DNA from: an uncultured delta proteobacterium
Lineage (GTDB): Bacteria; Desulfobacterota; Binatia; UBA9968
NCBI GenBank assembly: GCA_963745835.1
Contig: CAVUZH010000022.1
Coordinates: 32,001-96,000, forward strand
Length of the DNA: 64,000 nucleotides
Direction: 5' to 3'
Under the pieces are notes generated by a model that made no database searches, was not told the DNA's origin, and saw nothing but the letters and a program-made list of their open reading frames with translations. Every line of letters begins with the position of its first letter. Position 1 is the stretch's first letter. The position numbers and the translations under genes were made by a program. Below are positions 39,644 to 49,351 of this stretch, one piece after another.

Positions 39644-39671
39644 TTGACTGAGCCGTTCCGTTTAGAGATGA
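39644..39671 (+). promoter_or_regulatory. -35 half of a circle-junction promoter
   Basis: TTGACT (39644-39649), 17 nt, then GATGAA in the chromosome but GATGAT once the right and left ends are joined. Confidence 0.6.
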
Positions 39672-39850
39672 AAAAGCCCATAGGCTTCGTTGCTCTCGAC
39701 CGATTGCGCGTCAACGTGCAGGAGCACGCCTCCGCTTATCGATCTTCGCGCGCATGGATCTTTTTGAGCAGCCCGCCACCGAACTCAGCAACCTGCTAAA
39801 CTTCTACACTTCCCGAAAATTCCTGGTTCGGCTGAGCACCAAATTAGATT

Positions 39851-40873
39851 TCATTTGCCACTTGCCAGCACCGATTTGATAAAGCCACTCTGGTCCAACT
39901 CGCGTACTAATTGGCTATCCGCGAAATCCTCGGGTTTCGCTCCTCTGGCTTTTGGAAACTGTTTCTCCAATTCTTGTAACAAGCTGGCGATCCCCGCCGG
40001 ATATGGAGGGACACTGAAACCATTTTTGATGCTCATCTCGTATGTCTCTTCCAGCACTTCGCGGTCGTCGCTGCGAAAATACTTTCCCATGGTTTTCATG
40101 GCAAAGGCCTTGTCCTTCTGCCCGCGAACCGCGCCTTCAATATAAGCTCGGAGAAAACGGCGCACGACATCCTCGTTGCCTTTGAGATACCTGCGGGTAG
40201 TCACCAGACCATTGACGTGATACTCGACATCGAGTTTTGACAGGTCCATCAAGTCCTTGAGCTTAACTCTTTTCGCTTGCAGTGTGGCCGGCGGGGAGAT
40301 CGCCGCCGCATGAACTTTGCCGGTCATCATGGCAGTCACCGTTTCCGCCGGCCCGCCGGTTTGAACCATGGTGACGTCGCGCTCCGGATCGAGGCCATGA
40401 AGGCGCAACGCGATGCGTGAGGCTAGATCCGATTGAGTACCGAACCGGGTCGTGCCAAATACTTTGCCTTTTAAATCTTCCATACGGCTAATGTTAGGCT
40501 GGCTGAAGATCCACCAGTTAAATTTCTTCGCGATCGTCGCGATCACGACCGTATCCGTGCCCGACAGGGCAGCTTGGATCGGACCCGCGCCGCCAGCTTG
40601 AATGATCGGCAGCTCTCCCGACAACATCGCCTGCAGCGCCAGCGAGCTTCCGGGAATACTGATGAGTTCGACATTGAGCCCGTTTTTTTCGTAGTAGTTT
40701 CCTTCTTTGGCAAACCAGATGGACATCTGCGCCGCCGATGCCGAGCCGCCGCCGCTTCGTAAATTTTCGAGCTTCTTCTCCTGAGCAAGCAAGCCCGATG
40801 ACCCAGAGATTGCAGACAAAATCACAGTGCACATTATCAGTCGATGGATGATCATACCTTCTCTCCTCATCAT
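39851..40873 (-). CDS. ABC substrate-binding protein (NMT1/SsuA-like)
   Basis: WFAKEGNYYEKNGLNVE, DLKGKVFGTTRFG. Confidence 0.88.
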   Translation of the reverse strand: MMRREGMIIHRLIMCTVILSAISGSSGLLAQEKKLENLRSGGGSASAAQMSIWFAKEGNYYEKNGLNVELISIPGSSLALQAMLSGELPIIQAGGAGPIQAALSGTDTVVIATIAKKFNWWIFSQPNISRMEDLKGKVFGTTRFGTQSDLASRIALRLHGLDPERDVTMVQTGGPAETVTAMMTGKVHAAAISPPATLQAKRVKLKDLMDLSKLDVEYHVNGLVTTRRYLKGNEDVVRRFLRAYIEGAVRGQKDKAFAMKTMGKYFRSDDREVLEETYEMSIKNGFSVPPYPAGIASLLQELEKQFPKARGAKPEDFADSQLVRELDQSGFIKSVLASGK

Positions 40874-41115
40874 AAAATGCCCATCACGGCCCTATATAAC
40901 ACAGCTTTCGCCGCTCTTGTCGAGAAAGCGCCTCAGTGACACAGTCACTTCCGTGCGTATCATTTTTTACTGGGCACAGCTTAGTATGGATTCGTAACAG
41001 GACTTTCGCATCTCAATTACTTTTCGCGCGCTATACTTTTCCTTTGCTGAAATTTTATATACTAGCTTCATTGCAGCTTAGAAACGCAAGCTTGACAAGT
41101 TGGGCAGATTTCCTT

Positions 41116-41245
41116 GCCGGCTGCTCAACAAGATCTATAGACGAGGCGCGCGGAAATCGACGTGCGAAGGCGTACGTGCTGCACGTTGCAGCGAGGTGAT
41201 CGAGCGCAACAAAGTACATGGGGCTTTTTTCAAGCAACCGGCTAG
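41116..41245 (+). mobile_element. MITE-like repeat copy G
   Basis: GCCGGCTGCTCAACAAGATC...GAGGCGCGCGGAAATCGACG...GGCGTAC...CACGTTG...GCTTTTTTCAAGCAACCGG-CTAG. Confidence 0.8.
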
Positions 41246-41285
41246 GACACGGAGACTACCGTGAAGAGAACAAGCACGCTTTGGA

Positions 41286-41609
41286 GTGATCATCATTGCA
41301 TTATTTTTAACCGCGTCTTGTGACCAGATTTTTGATCGGGAAGGTGGAATTTTTAACTGGCCAGGATCGGCTCGGGATCTGGAGGGCAGCTGGTACGTTA
41401 ACGGCGACCGGGATCGCCGCGCCGAAATAGTCTCGGCACCCGGTGGACTCGAGGCGCGCAACGAGCGTGGCCAGAGCAGCCGGTTGGATATTATCAGCGG
41501 TGGCAACGTCCGTGCTTTAGACTGGGAAAGTGGTCTGCGAGGCACTGTCCGGCGTGACCAGATCGATTGGGAGAATGGCACGACCTGGACCAGGGAAGCC
41601 CGCCGATAG
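41286..41609 (+). CDS. Small hypothetical lipoprotein
   Basis: LFLTASC lipobox; LEGSWYVNG...IDWENGTTWTR. The start may be frameshifted (see findings). Confidence 0.6.
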   Translation: MIIIALFLTASCDQIFDREGGIFNWPGSARDLEGSWYVNGDRDRRAEIVSAPGGLEARNERGQSSRLDIISGGNVRALDWESGLRGTVRRDQIDWENGTTWTREARR

Positions 41610-41683
41610 CGACGGATAACGCGGAGTTCTGAGTTGTTTCGTCAATCACGGATGCGGTACAGGAGAGTTCGCGGTTTGCGTCG

Positions 41684-42460
41684 TCAATTATCCTGAAGCC
41701 GCGTATTAGCTGCGGCACCAGCAGCCAGCGCGGGTTGCTCATCCGGCAATGCCGGCCACTCGCGCATAAGCCGGCCGTAGCCACTGATCGGATAGGCAAG
41801 CCCAAGTTGCGAAAGCACGTACCATAGCATCGCCGGGTTGCTGGCAATCACCATCATTCCAAGCTCGCGCTCGATTTTCTCGAGAATTTTGATCGGATCG
41901 AGCACCGCGCCTTGAAAATAGATCGCATCCACAGGATCAGTCGCCCTGAGATTCTTCTTTGTCAGTTCGAAGACATCATCCGGGTCCATGCGTTTAGGTA
42001 CAGCGAGATCTTCAAAAGGATGCGGCGCCACCGCATCCACTCCTAGCTGCTCCAAATGCCCGCAAATCAGCTGATTCAAACGCTGATCGAACGGCGTCAA
42101 CAAAAGAACCCGCTGGGCGCGGTAAACCCGAAGCGCTGTAACACAAGCGTGCAAAGCCGTCGTGAAAGGAATGGCAAGCGCCGCTTTGAGCGCACCGAAG
42201 AGTCCCGGATTAAGCACTTCGGTAGGCGCGGCGGTGAGAATAACCCCGTCCCAGTGTCGCTGTGCAATCAGTTCTTGGATCCGCTCCACGATGATCTGTT
42301 TTTTATCCGCAATTTGATACAGCGATTCGCCGTAGAGCTGCAAACCGACAAAATCGAATTTAACCGCTTCGGGAAGCATCGGAAGAAAGCTACTGTAGTG
42401 CGGCATGGAGCCGGCCCCGCCGCTGACGAAGCCGATTGTAGCTTTGATTATTTCAGCCAT
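41684..42460 (-). CDS. Maleate cis-trans isomerase / Asp-Glu racemase-fold protein
   Basis: IPFTT, ALRVYRAQRVLLLTPF, DAIYF, IERELGMMVIASNPAMLW; both canonical Cys absent. Confidence 0.75.
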   Translation of the reverse strand: MAEIIKATIGFVSGGAGSMPHYSSFLPMLPEAVKFDFVGLQLYGESLYQIADKKQIIVERIQELIAQRHWDGVILTAAPTEVLNPGLFGALKAALAIPFTTALHACVTALRVYRAQRVLLLTPFDQRLNQLICGHLEQLGVDAVAPHPFEDLAVPKRMDPDDVFELTKKNLRATDPVDAIYFQGAVLDPIKILEKIERELGMMVIASNPAMLWYVLSQLGLAYPISGYGRLMREWPALPDEQPALAAGAAANTRLQDN

Positions 42461-42557
42461 TTGGCAACTCTTCCGTAACCGTGTGCAGGTTCACATTGGA
42501 ACGCTGATCAATGTAGCTCCTCTCTCCCGATCTCCTAGTCTGCCGCATCTTTTTTCG

Positions 42558-43019
42558 CTATTTCTTCGCCTTGTGGTTATCGATAGCCTGTTTAAGATCA
42601 TCGTACTCTTCGCATCTGCCAAGCATCGGGCAGGCCTTTTTCAGCGCGGCAAGTTGTTTTTCGGCATTGGCCATTTGATTCAGATCAAGATAAAGCTCGC
42701 CCAGATATTCATGGGCGCTGCGATGGTTGGCATCGATCTTTAGGGCGCGCTGATAGTGCTCCATCGATTTATCGAAATTACCCGTTTTTCTATAGCTATA
42801 GCCGAGCATGTTATGGGCATCGGCATCATTGGGCAGCTCCTGCACCGCCTTCGTGAGATACCCCACCGCGGCCTTGTAATCCTTCGCGTCGATGGCCTTC
42901 CGTCCGGCTTCCATATTGGGATTCTGCGGTCCGGCCTTGGGCTCCGGCAAGTCGGCGAACGCGCGCGTCTGCGTCAGGACCAGCGTAATCAACGTAATAG
43001 CGGCTAATAGCGATTTCAT
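42558..43019 (-). CDS. Exported tetratricopeptide repeat protein
   Basis: Signal peptide; ADAHNMLGYSYRK, YQRALKID, AHEYLGELY. Confidence 0.88.
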   Translation of the reverse strand: MKSLLAAITLITLVLTQTRAFADLPEPKAGPQNPNMEAGRKAIDAKDYKAAVGYLTKAVQELPNDADAHNMLGYSYRKTGNFDKSMEHYQRALKIDANHRSAHEYLGELYLDLNQMANAEKQLAALKKACPMLGRCEEYDDLKQAIDNHKAKK

Positions 43020-43109
43020 ACAGACCTCCTTGTGATGAATGCCGAACTTACCAATGGTGATAGCTGAAAGGCAAGACTTGTTTTTTTAGTCGTCTTAGTT
43101 GAACCCATT

Positions 43110-43188
43110 CTGTCTCCCCTTCTCCCTGTCTCCTGTCTCTCTGTCGTCCAGTCTCTTCTCTTTCTGTCTCCTGTCTCCCGTTGTCTGC
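43110..43188. repeat. CTGTCTC(C)-type low-complexity tandem repeat
   Basis: ctgtctc..ctgtctcctgtctctctgtc...ctgtctcctgtctccc pyrimidine-rich run between two minus-strand genes. Confidence 0.65.
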
Positions 43189-43190
43189 CA

Positions 43191-44168
43191 CTAGTTTTTT
43201 CGCAGTTCCGCTCTAGCCTCGCGGAGCATCGAAAGATCGACCAGACGGTCCACGGGAATCTCAGCGGCAATGCCGGACTCCTGTCTGATTTTGTTGAGGA
43301 TCGACTTCAAAACCGGCTCTTCGATATCACCGTCGGCATTTAACACTTGCTTGATCTGCCGGTAACTGTCCGCCGCCACGTTCTGCTCCAGACCAAATTC
43401 CTTCTGTATAAAGGGAATAACCTCGACATCATTCTTGAGAATCATCTCGTTGCTGCGCAACACGGCGCGCAACACAGCCTTGATCTGCTCGCGATGATTC
43501 TGGATGTGGCTCATTCTTCCCACCAACCCTCCTTGTACATCGCGCACGTCGAAGGTATCGCCGAGATCGACGTAGCCGGCCAGGGTTGCCATGGAGGTAT
43601 ATGGCGCCGTGAGAATCACCGCATCCGCCGCTTTGCCGGTCAGTGCCGCATAGCTATTTGCCGTGGTATTGGTGGCTATGTAGTTGATCTTGTCACCGGG
43701 ACCATCGCGGCCGAGCCGTTTCAACACCGTTTGCGCGCCATAATGCGCCAGCGAGCCGATGCCACTGACCGCAACATTTCTAATCTTCGCCGGCGTCATT
43801 CCCGGTTGGCCGATCAGACTGAAACTCAATCGGGTTTGGATGAATATCAATGCCCTGACCGGCAGTCCTTTCATCGCCGCACGCAGCGACACTCCGGTCG
43901 AGCCGGTGTAATCAACTTCACCCGCAGCCAAGGCAGTCACTCCGATGGGCGGCCTCATGATGATAATTTCCAGATCGAGCCCTTCTTTTTCAAAGAGCCC
44001 TTTTGACTTGCCGAAATAATATGGCAGATAGGTCAATGCCTTGGCGGCCACTGTGAGCCTGACTTTGTCGAAGGGCTTCTTGGTTTGTTGCTGGGCGCGC
44101 GCTGAATCCGGAATTGCAAGAATAACGGCAAGCAGTAGGATGCTCACCACGGTCATCGTTGGTTTCAT
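43191..44168 (-). CDS. ABC substrate-binding protein (NMT1/SsuA-like)
   Basis: Signal peptide; YLPYYFGKSKGLFEKEGLDLE. Confidence 0.85.
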   Translation of the reverse strand: MKPTMTVVSILLLAVILAIPDSARAQQQTKKPFDKVRLTVAAKALTYLPYYFGKSKGLFEKEGLDLEIIIMRPPIGVTALAAGEVDYTGSTGVSLRAAMKGLPVRALIFIQTRLSFSLIGQPGMTPAKIRNVAVSGIGSLAHYGAQTVLKRLGRDGPGDKINYIATNTTANSYAALTGKAADAVILTAPYTSMATLAGYVDLGDTFDVRDVQGGLVGRMSHIQNHREQIKAVLRAVLRSNEMILKNDVEVIPFIQKEFGLEQNVAADSYRQIKQVLNADGDIEEPVLKSILNKIRQESGIAAEIPVDRLVDLSMLREARAELRKN

Positions 44169-44196
44169 GAACTCTTCTCCGAGAATAAAAAGTTTT

Positions 44197-45615
44197 TCAT
44201 TTCTTAACCGCCAAACTGGCGCCGAACTTCTCGAGCATCTTCTTCTTCAATTCCGGACTGGCGCCCGAGACTTTCGGGAACTCATTGATCCACTCATACG
44301 GACGACAAGCATCGATAATGCCGCGGGATTGAAAGCCGCGCTCCTCCGGCGGAATGATCGGATCGATCGGATTGCTCCAGCAACGGCGCATGATATCGAT
44401 ATCTTTGATCGGATCGGTTCTGGTGCATAGCGCCCAAAGCAGTTCGTTGCTGTCCCAAATGTCGATGTCATCATCGACCACGACAACGTAACGGGTGAGC
44501 AGCGCCGCCGCCCGGCATTGCGCCGCGATCAGCGCCGCTTGCTTGGCATGGCCCGGATAGCGCTGCTTGATGGCCACCACAACCAGCATGCGGGTTTGAT
44601 AGTAGGCCACTCCCCTGATATCCGGCACCCCGGCTTTGTCGAGGTAGTTCCAGATGTAAGCCGCACGGATCAGATTGCTCTCGGCTCCGGGCGCGGGACG
44701 AAACGGCGGCGCTCCTGTGATAATAGGATCATCGCGATACATCAATCGCTTCACCTTGAGCATCGGCTCGGAACGGAGGCCGCCCGCATAATAGCCGGTG
44801 AATTCGCCGAACGGCCCCTCCGGTATTTTGGTGCCAGGGATGACTTCGCCTTCGATGGCGACTTCCGAATAGGCCGGGATCGGTAGCTGCGTGTTCTTGC
44901 CGAGAATTACTTCGAATGCCTCGCCACGCACACCGCCGGCATAATCGTACTCCGACTCTCCCGGCGGAACGTCCATCTGACCGAAGAACCATAGCAACGG
45001 ATCCGGTCCGAAACTAATCGCCACCGGAAACGGCTGCCCGCGGTCGAAGAATTTTTGCCGGTGAATGTTGCCGTGGTGCCCCGGCGACATGTAAAGCGCC
45101 AGCGTATTCTTGTCGTGCACCATAACACGGTAGCAACCCAAGTTGATCCAGCCTTCGTCGAGATCGCGGCTGATCGTGACATCCAACGTGCCCAGATAGC
45201 GGCCGCCGTCGCCTTCATGCCAGAAGGGCGCGGGCAATGAGAACAGATCGATATCGCTGCCTTCGAAAACATTTTCCATGAGCGGTCCCGAATCCACAAC
45301 CCGCGGGGGAATCAAACTCGGCTGGTCGAGCCGCTCTTTCCACGCGGCAATAAATTGATCGCGCGTGTAGTCGAGCGGCAGGTGATTAGTCAGGCACTGC
45401 CGCTTCAAGGTCGGATTGTGAATCCCCGTGAGCACGCGGCGTCCGGCGGGATAGCCGATGATTTTATCAAAAAGAACCGCCGGCGGCGTTTCTGAACGGG
45501 CCGCCACTTCGGTCACCGCGCCGATTTCTTGATTCCAGTCTGCGCCTTCCACCACCCGAAGCTCGCCGAATGAGTCCACGCCCTCTAACCAGCCCCGCAA
45601 ATCGCGATAATGCAT
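44197..45615 (-). CDS. UbiD family (prFMN-dependent) decarboxylase
   Basis: YRDLRGWL, DGGRYLGT, NLGCYR, EGPFGEFTGYY, VVVDDDID, WALCTR. Confidence 0.93.
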   Translation of the reverse strand: MHYRDLRGWLEGVDSFGELRVVEGADWNQEIGAVTEVAARSETPPAVLFDKIIGYPAGRRVLTGIHNPTLKRQCLTNHLPLDYTRDQFIAAWKERLDQPSLIPPRVVDSGPLMENVFEGSDIDLFSLPAPFWHEGDGGRYLGTLDVTISRDLDEGWINLGCYRVMVHDKNTLALYMSPGHHGNIHRQKFFDRGQPFPVAISFGPDPLLWFFGQMDVPPGESEYDYAGGVRGEAFEVILGKNTQLPIPAYSEVAIEGEVIPGTKIPEGPFGEFTGYYAGGLRSEPMLKVKRLMYRDDPIITGAPPFRPAPGAESNLIRAAYIWNYLDKAGVPDIRGVAYYQTRMLVVVAIKQRYPGHAKQAALIAAQCRAAALLTRYVVVVDDDIDIWDSNELLWALCTRTDPIKDIDIMRRCWSNPIDPIIPPEERGFQSRGIIDACRPYEWINEFPKVSGASPELKKKMLEKFGASLAVKK

Positions 45616-45818
45616 TTAGCCCTCCTGTGAAGTTGGCGAAGATCTTAGAACGGACCGGACGCCGCTACAACCGAGCACTGAATTCTATTTGCCGCATGGA
45701 TTCCCACGTCCAACCAAAGAAGGTCATCCCACTTCACAGCAAAGCGCGGATTGTCTATCTTCTAATGAGCAGCGGTCGCAGTAGCCAACCGTTAAGTGCT
45801 GCACGAAAGGAGAATCCC

Positions 45819-47099
45819 ATGCCGCTTAAAAACCTATTTCTCATAAGCCTTGCGTCGATATCGATGTTGATCCTTTCATGTTCGAGCGAAACTCGCTCCC
45901 AATTCTCCAGCAGTCACTACGCGCCCGGCACCGGACCGGCGGACAAGCTGCAGTTGCCGGCCCCGTTTGCAAGTCCTTCCGTTCGCAATACCTCGAAAGT
46001 AATCGGCTGGCCTGCTGGCAAAATGCCGGCTGCCGCGCCTGGTTTTACTGTCAGCCTTTTTGCCGAGGGGCTTAATAACCCGCGCGAGGCTTATGTGCTG
46101 CCCAACAAAGACATTCTCGTCGTCGAAGCGGTTCGCGTATTCCCCGATCGCCCGGCCAAGTCGGCAAACCAAATCACACTTTTCCGCGACACGAATGGTG
46201 ACGGCAAGCCGGAAGTTCGTGAAGTTTTCTTGACCGGCTTGAATATGCCGCACGGCATGCTGCTGCTGGGTGAGTGGTTCTACGTCGGCAATACCGATGG
46301 AGTGGTGCGCTACCCATACCGCGCCGGCCAGACCAAGATCGACAGTAAAGGCGAGAAGATTCTCGATCTGCCCTCCGGTGGACACTACACGCGCCACTTA
46401 ATCGCCGATCCCGCCGGCAAAAAGATTTACGTCGCGGTGGGCTCCGGCTCCAACGTCGATGAAGACGGCAGAGATGCCAAGGATCCACGGCGAGCGGCGA
46501 TCTTGGAGATGAATCCCAGTGGTAGCGGCATGCACGTTTACGCCAGCGGCCTGCGCAATCCGGTGGGAATGGATTGGGAGCCGAAAACCAAAACACTGTG
46601 GACCGTGGTCAACGAGCGCGATCTCTTAGGCGACGATCTGGTTCCCGACTATCTCACCAGCGTCCAGCCCGGCGCTTTTTACGGCTGGCCCTATTCTTAC
46701 TTTGGCCAACACGAAGACCCGCGCAAGAAAGGTGAGCGACCCGACCTGGTTGCCAAAGCGGTGAAACCCGACTACGCCTTGGGCTCCCACGTTGCCGCCC
46801 TCGGATTAGCTTTCTATGACGGCAAGTCTTTCCCCGCGCGCTATCACGGCGGCGCATTCATCGGCATGCGCGGCTCATGGAACCGCTCGAAGATGGTCGG
46901 GTACAAAGTCGCGTTTGTCCCGTTCGAAAATGGCAAACCCGCCGGCCCGATGGAAGATATCCTCACGGGCTTCATTGCCGATGAAAGTAAATTCGAAGCT
47001 TACGGTCGCCCGGTCGGCGTGACGGTCGCCCCCGACGGATCACTGTTGGTGGCCGACGATGCCGGCGGAAAGGTGTGGCGGGTTAGCGCGAAGAGGTAA
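45819..47099 (+). CDS. Glucose/sorbosone dehydrogenase family lipoprotein
   Basis: AAGGAG RBS; lipobox ILSC; SGLRNPVG, VNERDLLGDDLVPDY, FYGWPY, GSWNRS, GRPVGV, LLVADD. Confidence 0.88.
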   Translation: MPLKNLFLISLASISMLILSCSSETRSQFSSSHYAPGTGPADKLQLPAPFASPSVRNTSKVIGWPAGKMPAAAPGFTVSLFAEGLNNPREAYVLPNKDILVVEAVRVFPDRPAKSANQITLFRDTNGDGKPEVREVFLTGLNMPHGMLLLGEWFYVGNTDGVVRYPYRAGQTKIDSKGEKILDLPSGGHYTRHLIADPAGKKIYVAVGSGSNVDEDGRDAKDPRRAAILEMNPSGSGMHVYASGLRNPVGMDWEPKTKTLWTVVNERDLLGDDLVPDYLTSVQPGAFYGWPYSYFGQHEDPRKKGERPDLVAKAVKPDYALGSHVAALGLAFYDGKSFPARYHGGAFIGMRGSWNRSKMVGYKVAFVPFENGKPAGPMEDILTGFIADESKFEAYGRPVGVTVAPDGSLLVADDAGGKVWRVSAKR

Positions 47100-47260
47100 A
47101 CCGGAGCGTAACATCGGAAACTGATCCGCAACAGCGTTAGTTTGTCAGAGCGTCTGGAGCGCGGCTATGACTCCGCCACTATAGAAGTATGGAAAAGCCA
47201 CCGATAAGAACGGACTTCATCGAACATGACTGCGGCTGTCGGCGTTGGTACGAATCCGTA

Positions 47261-47419
47261 GTAGCAGGGTGCTGAAAAAAGCCTCTTACGGGCTGCTCAA
47301 AAAGATCCAGGTGCGAGGCGCGCGAAAAATCGACGAGCGGAGGCGTACATCCGCAGTACGTTGACGCGAGGCGATTGAGCGGCAACGAAGCATATGGGTC
47401 TTTTTCAGCAGCCTGCCAG
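47261..47419 (+). mobile_element. MITE-like repeat copy H (best-preserved copy)
   Basis: GTAG-CAGGGTGCTGAAAAAA...GGGCTGCTCAAAAAGATCCAG...TTTTTCAGCAGCCTG-CCAG; TIRs at 47265 and 47415. Confidence 0.88.
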
Positions 47420-47521
47420 GGCGCCCAGTAGAAGAGTTAAAGGAAGTAGTCGAATACTGCGCTATTCACGAGATCGAAAGCGACAGCTCGTGACACAATC
47501 GGCTCGTAAACGGAGAGAAGG

Positions 47522-48616
47522 ATGAGCACCAAGTGCCGGGCGGCGATTCTGGTAGAGCCCAACCAGCCACTGGTCATCGATGAAGTCGAGTTTCCGGATC
47601 TCGCGCCGGACCAGGTGCTGGTCAAGCTTTTTGCCAGCGGCGTTTGTCATTCACAACTTCACACGATGCGCCGGCCGGCTCGATCGGCTGATCGCTTACC
47701 GGCGCTCTTGGGGCACGAATCTACTGGAGTTGTCGCTGCGCGCGGCCGCGACGTGCGCCACGTAAAAGAAGGCGATCACGTGATCACGACGTGGGTGGAT
47801 CGCGATAATTCCACGACCAATCAGCCGCTGGTGGCGCACGCACTAAACGATCGCGCTCAGTCGATTGCTTCTTGGAAAGGCAAACAGGTATCGCATTCTG
47901 CCGCGACATGGGCGGAATACGCCGTGGCGCAAGAACGCATGGTGGTGAAATTGCCCCAAGATGTGCCCACCGACGTCACCGCCGTGATCGGCTGCGCCGT
48001 CATGACCGGCGCCGGAGCAATCGTCAACAACTTGTGCGTCAGACCCGGTCAATCGGTGGCCGTTTTTGGCGCTGGAGGCATTGGTCTTTGTGCTATCGCA
48101 GCGGCGGCTGCGGTCGATGCGCATCCTATCATTGCCGTCGACGTGACCGAGGAAAAGCTCGCCTTTGCGCAACGCTTCGGCGCTACCTACCTAGTCAATG
48201 GCAAAGAGTCCGATCCGGTTGACGCAATTCGGGAGCTCACCAACGGCGGCGTCGATTACGCCATCGATGCCATCGGTTTGCCGCAAACCCAGGAACAAAT
48301 CCTGCGCGCAGCAAGAATGGGATATTCCGGTCTCAGTCGGGGAGGCACCGCTTTGCTCATCGGCATCACGCCGCCTGGTGCCCAAGCGACCCTGGATACA
48401 AGCCTATTCATCGGCAGCCGGAGCTTCACCCGCACGAGCGGCGGAGACTGCCGACCGGATCGCGACTTCCCGTTGTTCGTGCGCTGGTATCGCGAAGGTA
48501 AGCTGAAACTAGATGAGCTGGTGACCCGGCGATACGCGCTCGAGCAGATCAATGAAGCGGTTGATGATTTGGAACACGGCCGAATCCTCGGTCGCGCGAT
48601 CATCACGTATACATAA
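47522..48616 (+). CDS. Zn-binding alcohol dehydrogenase (MDR family)
   Basis: GVCHS, LGHES.GVV, GCAVMTGAG, FGAGGIG; no structural-Zn four-Cys loop. Confidence 0.9.
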   Translation: MSTKCRAAILVEPNQPLVIDEVEFPDLAPDQVLVKLFASGVCHSQLHTMRRPARSADRLPALLGHESTGVVAARGRDVRHVKEGDHVITTWVDRDNSTTNQPLVAHALNDRAQSIASWKGKQVSHSAATWAEYAVAQERMVVKLPQDVPTDVTAVIGCAVMTGAGAIVNNLCVRPGQSVAVFGAGGIGLCAIAAAAAVDAHPIIAVDVTEEKLAFAQRFGATYLVNGKESDPVDAIRELTNGGVDYAIDAIGLPQTQEQILRAARMGYSGLSRGGTALLIGITPPGAQATLDTSLFIGSRSFTRTSGGDCRPDRDFPLFVRWYREGKLKLDELVTRRYALEQINEAVDDLEHGRILGRAIITYT

Positions 48617-48758
48617 ACAGGATCGCACGAGTCGAAACCCATGTCTTCATTCATACGATAGCGCAGTGCAACACCCGACCCCACAATGACTCCACTCGCG
48701 AGCGGTGAGAAGAAGCTTTGATGATACAGGTTGATTTCGCTCCGATGAAGCTGCAACA

Positions 48759-49313
48759 TCAAGCTTCTTGGAGGATCGCTTCGGCGTCGATGGTGATCTC
48801 AACCATGTTGCCGACGACGACCCCGCCCTTGTCTAATGCGCTGTTCCAGCTCACGCCGAAGTCGTGACGATTGATCGTGGTGGTGGCGGCAAAGCCCGCT
48901 CTGCTCTTCGGTCCCTTATCCACCCCATCTTCCCACCATGGGGTTTGCCACTGACCTAGATAATGGACGCGCAGCGGCACCGTGCGGGTGATACCCCGAA
49001 TCGTCAACTCGCCCGTGAGGATCGCTTCGTCCGCGCCGGCCAGTTCGACCTGCTTCCCCGCGAAAGTAAGCTTCGGATGTTTCTCTACGTCGAGAAAGTC
49101 CTCGCTCTTAAGATGAGCGTCGCGCGCCGCTTCGCCTGTCCAGATTCCAGCAGCTTCGATCGTAACCTCGACGGAAGTCGCGCCCGGGTCCGCCGGGTCG
49201 AAAACAAGTATGCCGTGGATATCTTTGAAATGGCCCCGGACAAAAGTCACCATCATGTGACGCACAGAAAACCCCGCCGCCGTATGCCCCGGTTCAAAAA
49301 ACCATTTGGCCAT
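48759..49313 (-). CDS. YceI family protein
   Basis: HT..GFSVRHMMV..VRG.F, RDAHLKSEDF, GELTIRG, INRHDFG. Confidence 0.92.
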   Translation of the reverse strand: MAKWFFEPGHTAAGFSVRHMMVTFVRGHFKDIHGILVFDPADPGATSVEVTIEAAGIWTGEAARDAHLKSEDFLDVEKHPKLTFAGKQVELAGADEAILTGELTIRGITRTVPLRVHYLGQWQTPWWEDGVDKGPKSRAGFAATTTINRHDFGVSWNSALDKGGVVVGNMVEITIDAEAILQEA

Positions 49314-49351
49314 AGTCCGCTCCTTCTATCTGGGATCATTTAGTCGCACTC

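Larger units (their letters stand above)
38284..39671 (+). mobile_element. Complete IS110-family (IS1111-group) insertion sequence, ~1.38 kb
   Basis: TGA core at both junctions (38284-38286, 39669-39671); sub-terminal IRs TAAACGGAATGGC (38292-38304) / GCCGTTCCGTTTA (39652-39664); short left end; ~290-nt non-coding right end. Confidence 0.93.
38272..39799 (-). mobile_element. MITE-like repeat copy F (reverse orientation), split by the IS110 element
   Basis: TTAG-CAGGTTGCTGA (38272-38286) joins AAAAGCCCATAGGCTTCGTTGC...GGATCTTTTTGAGCAGCCCG...CTCAGCAACCTG-CTAA (39672-39799) to rebuild a full copy. Confidence 0.88.

Noticed and set aside
44197-45615. UbiD without an adjacent ubiX as an anomaly
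   Set aside because: UbiX commonly acts in trans from another locus; uninformative within one window.
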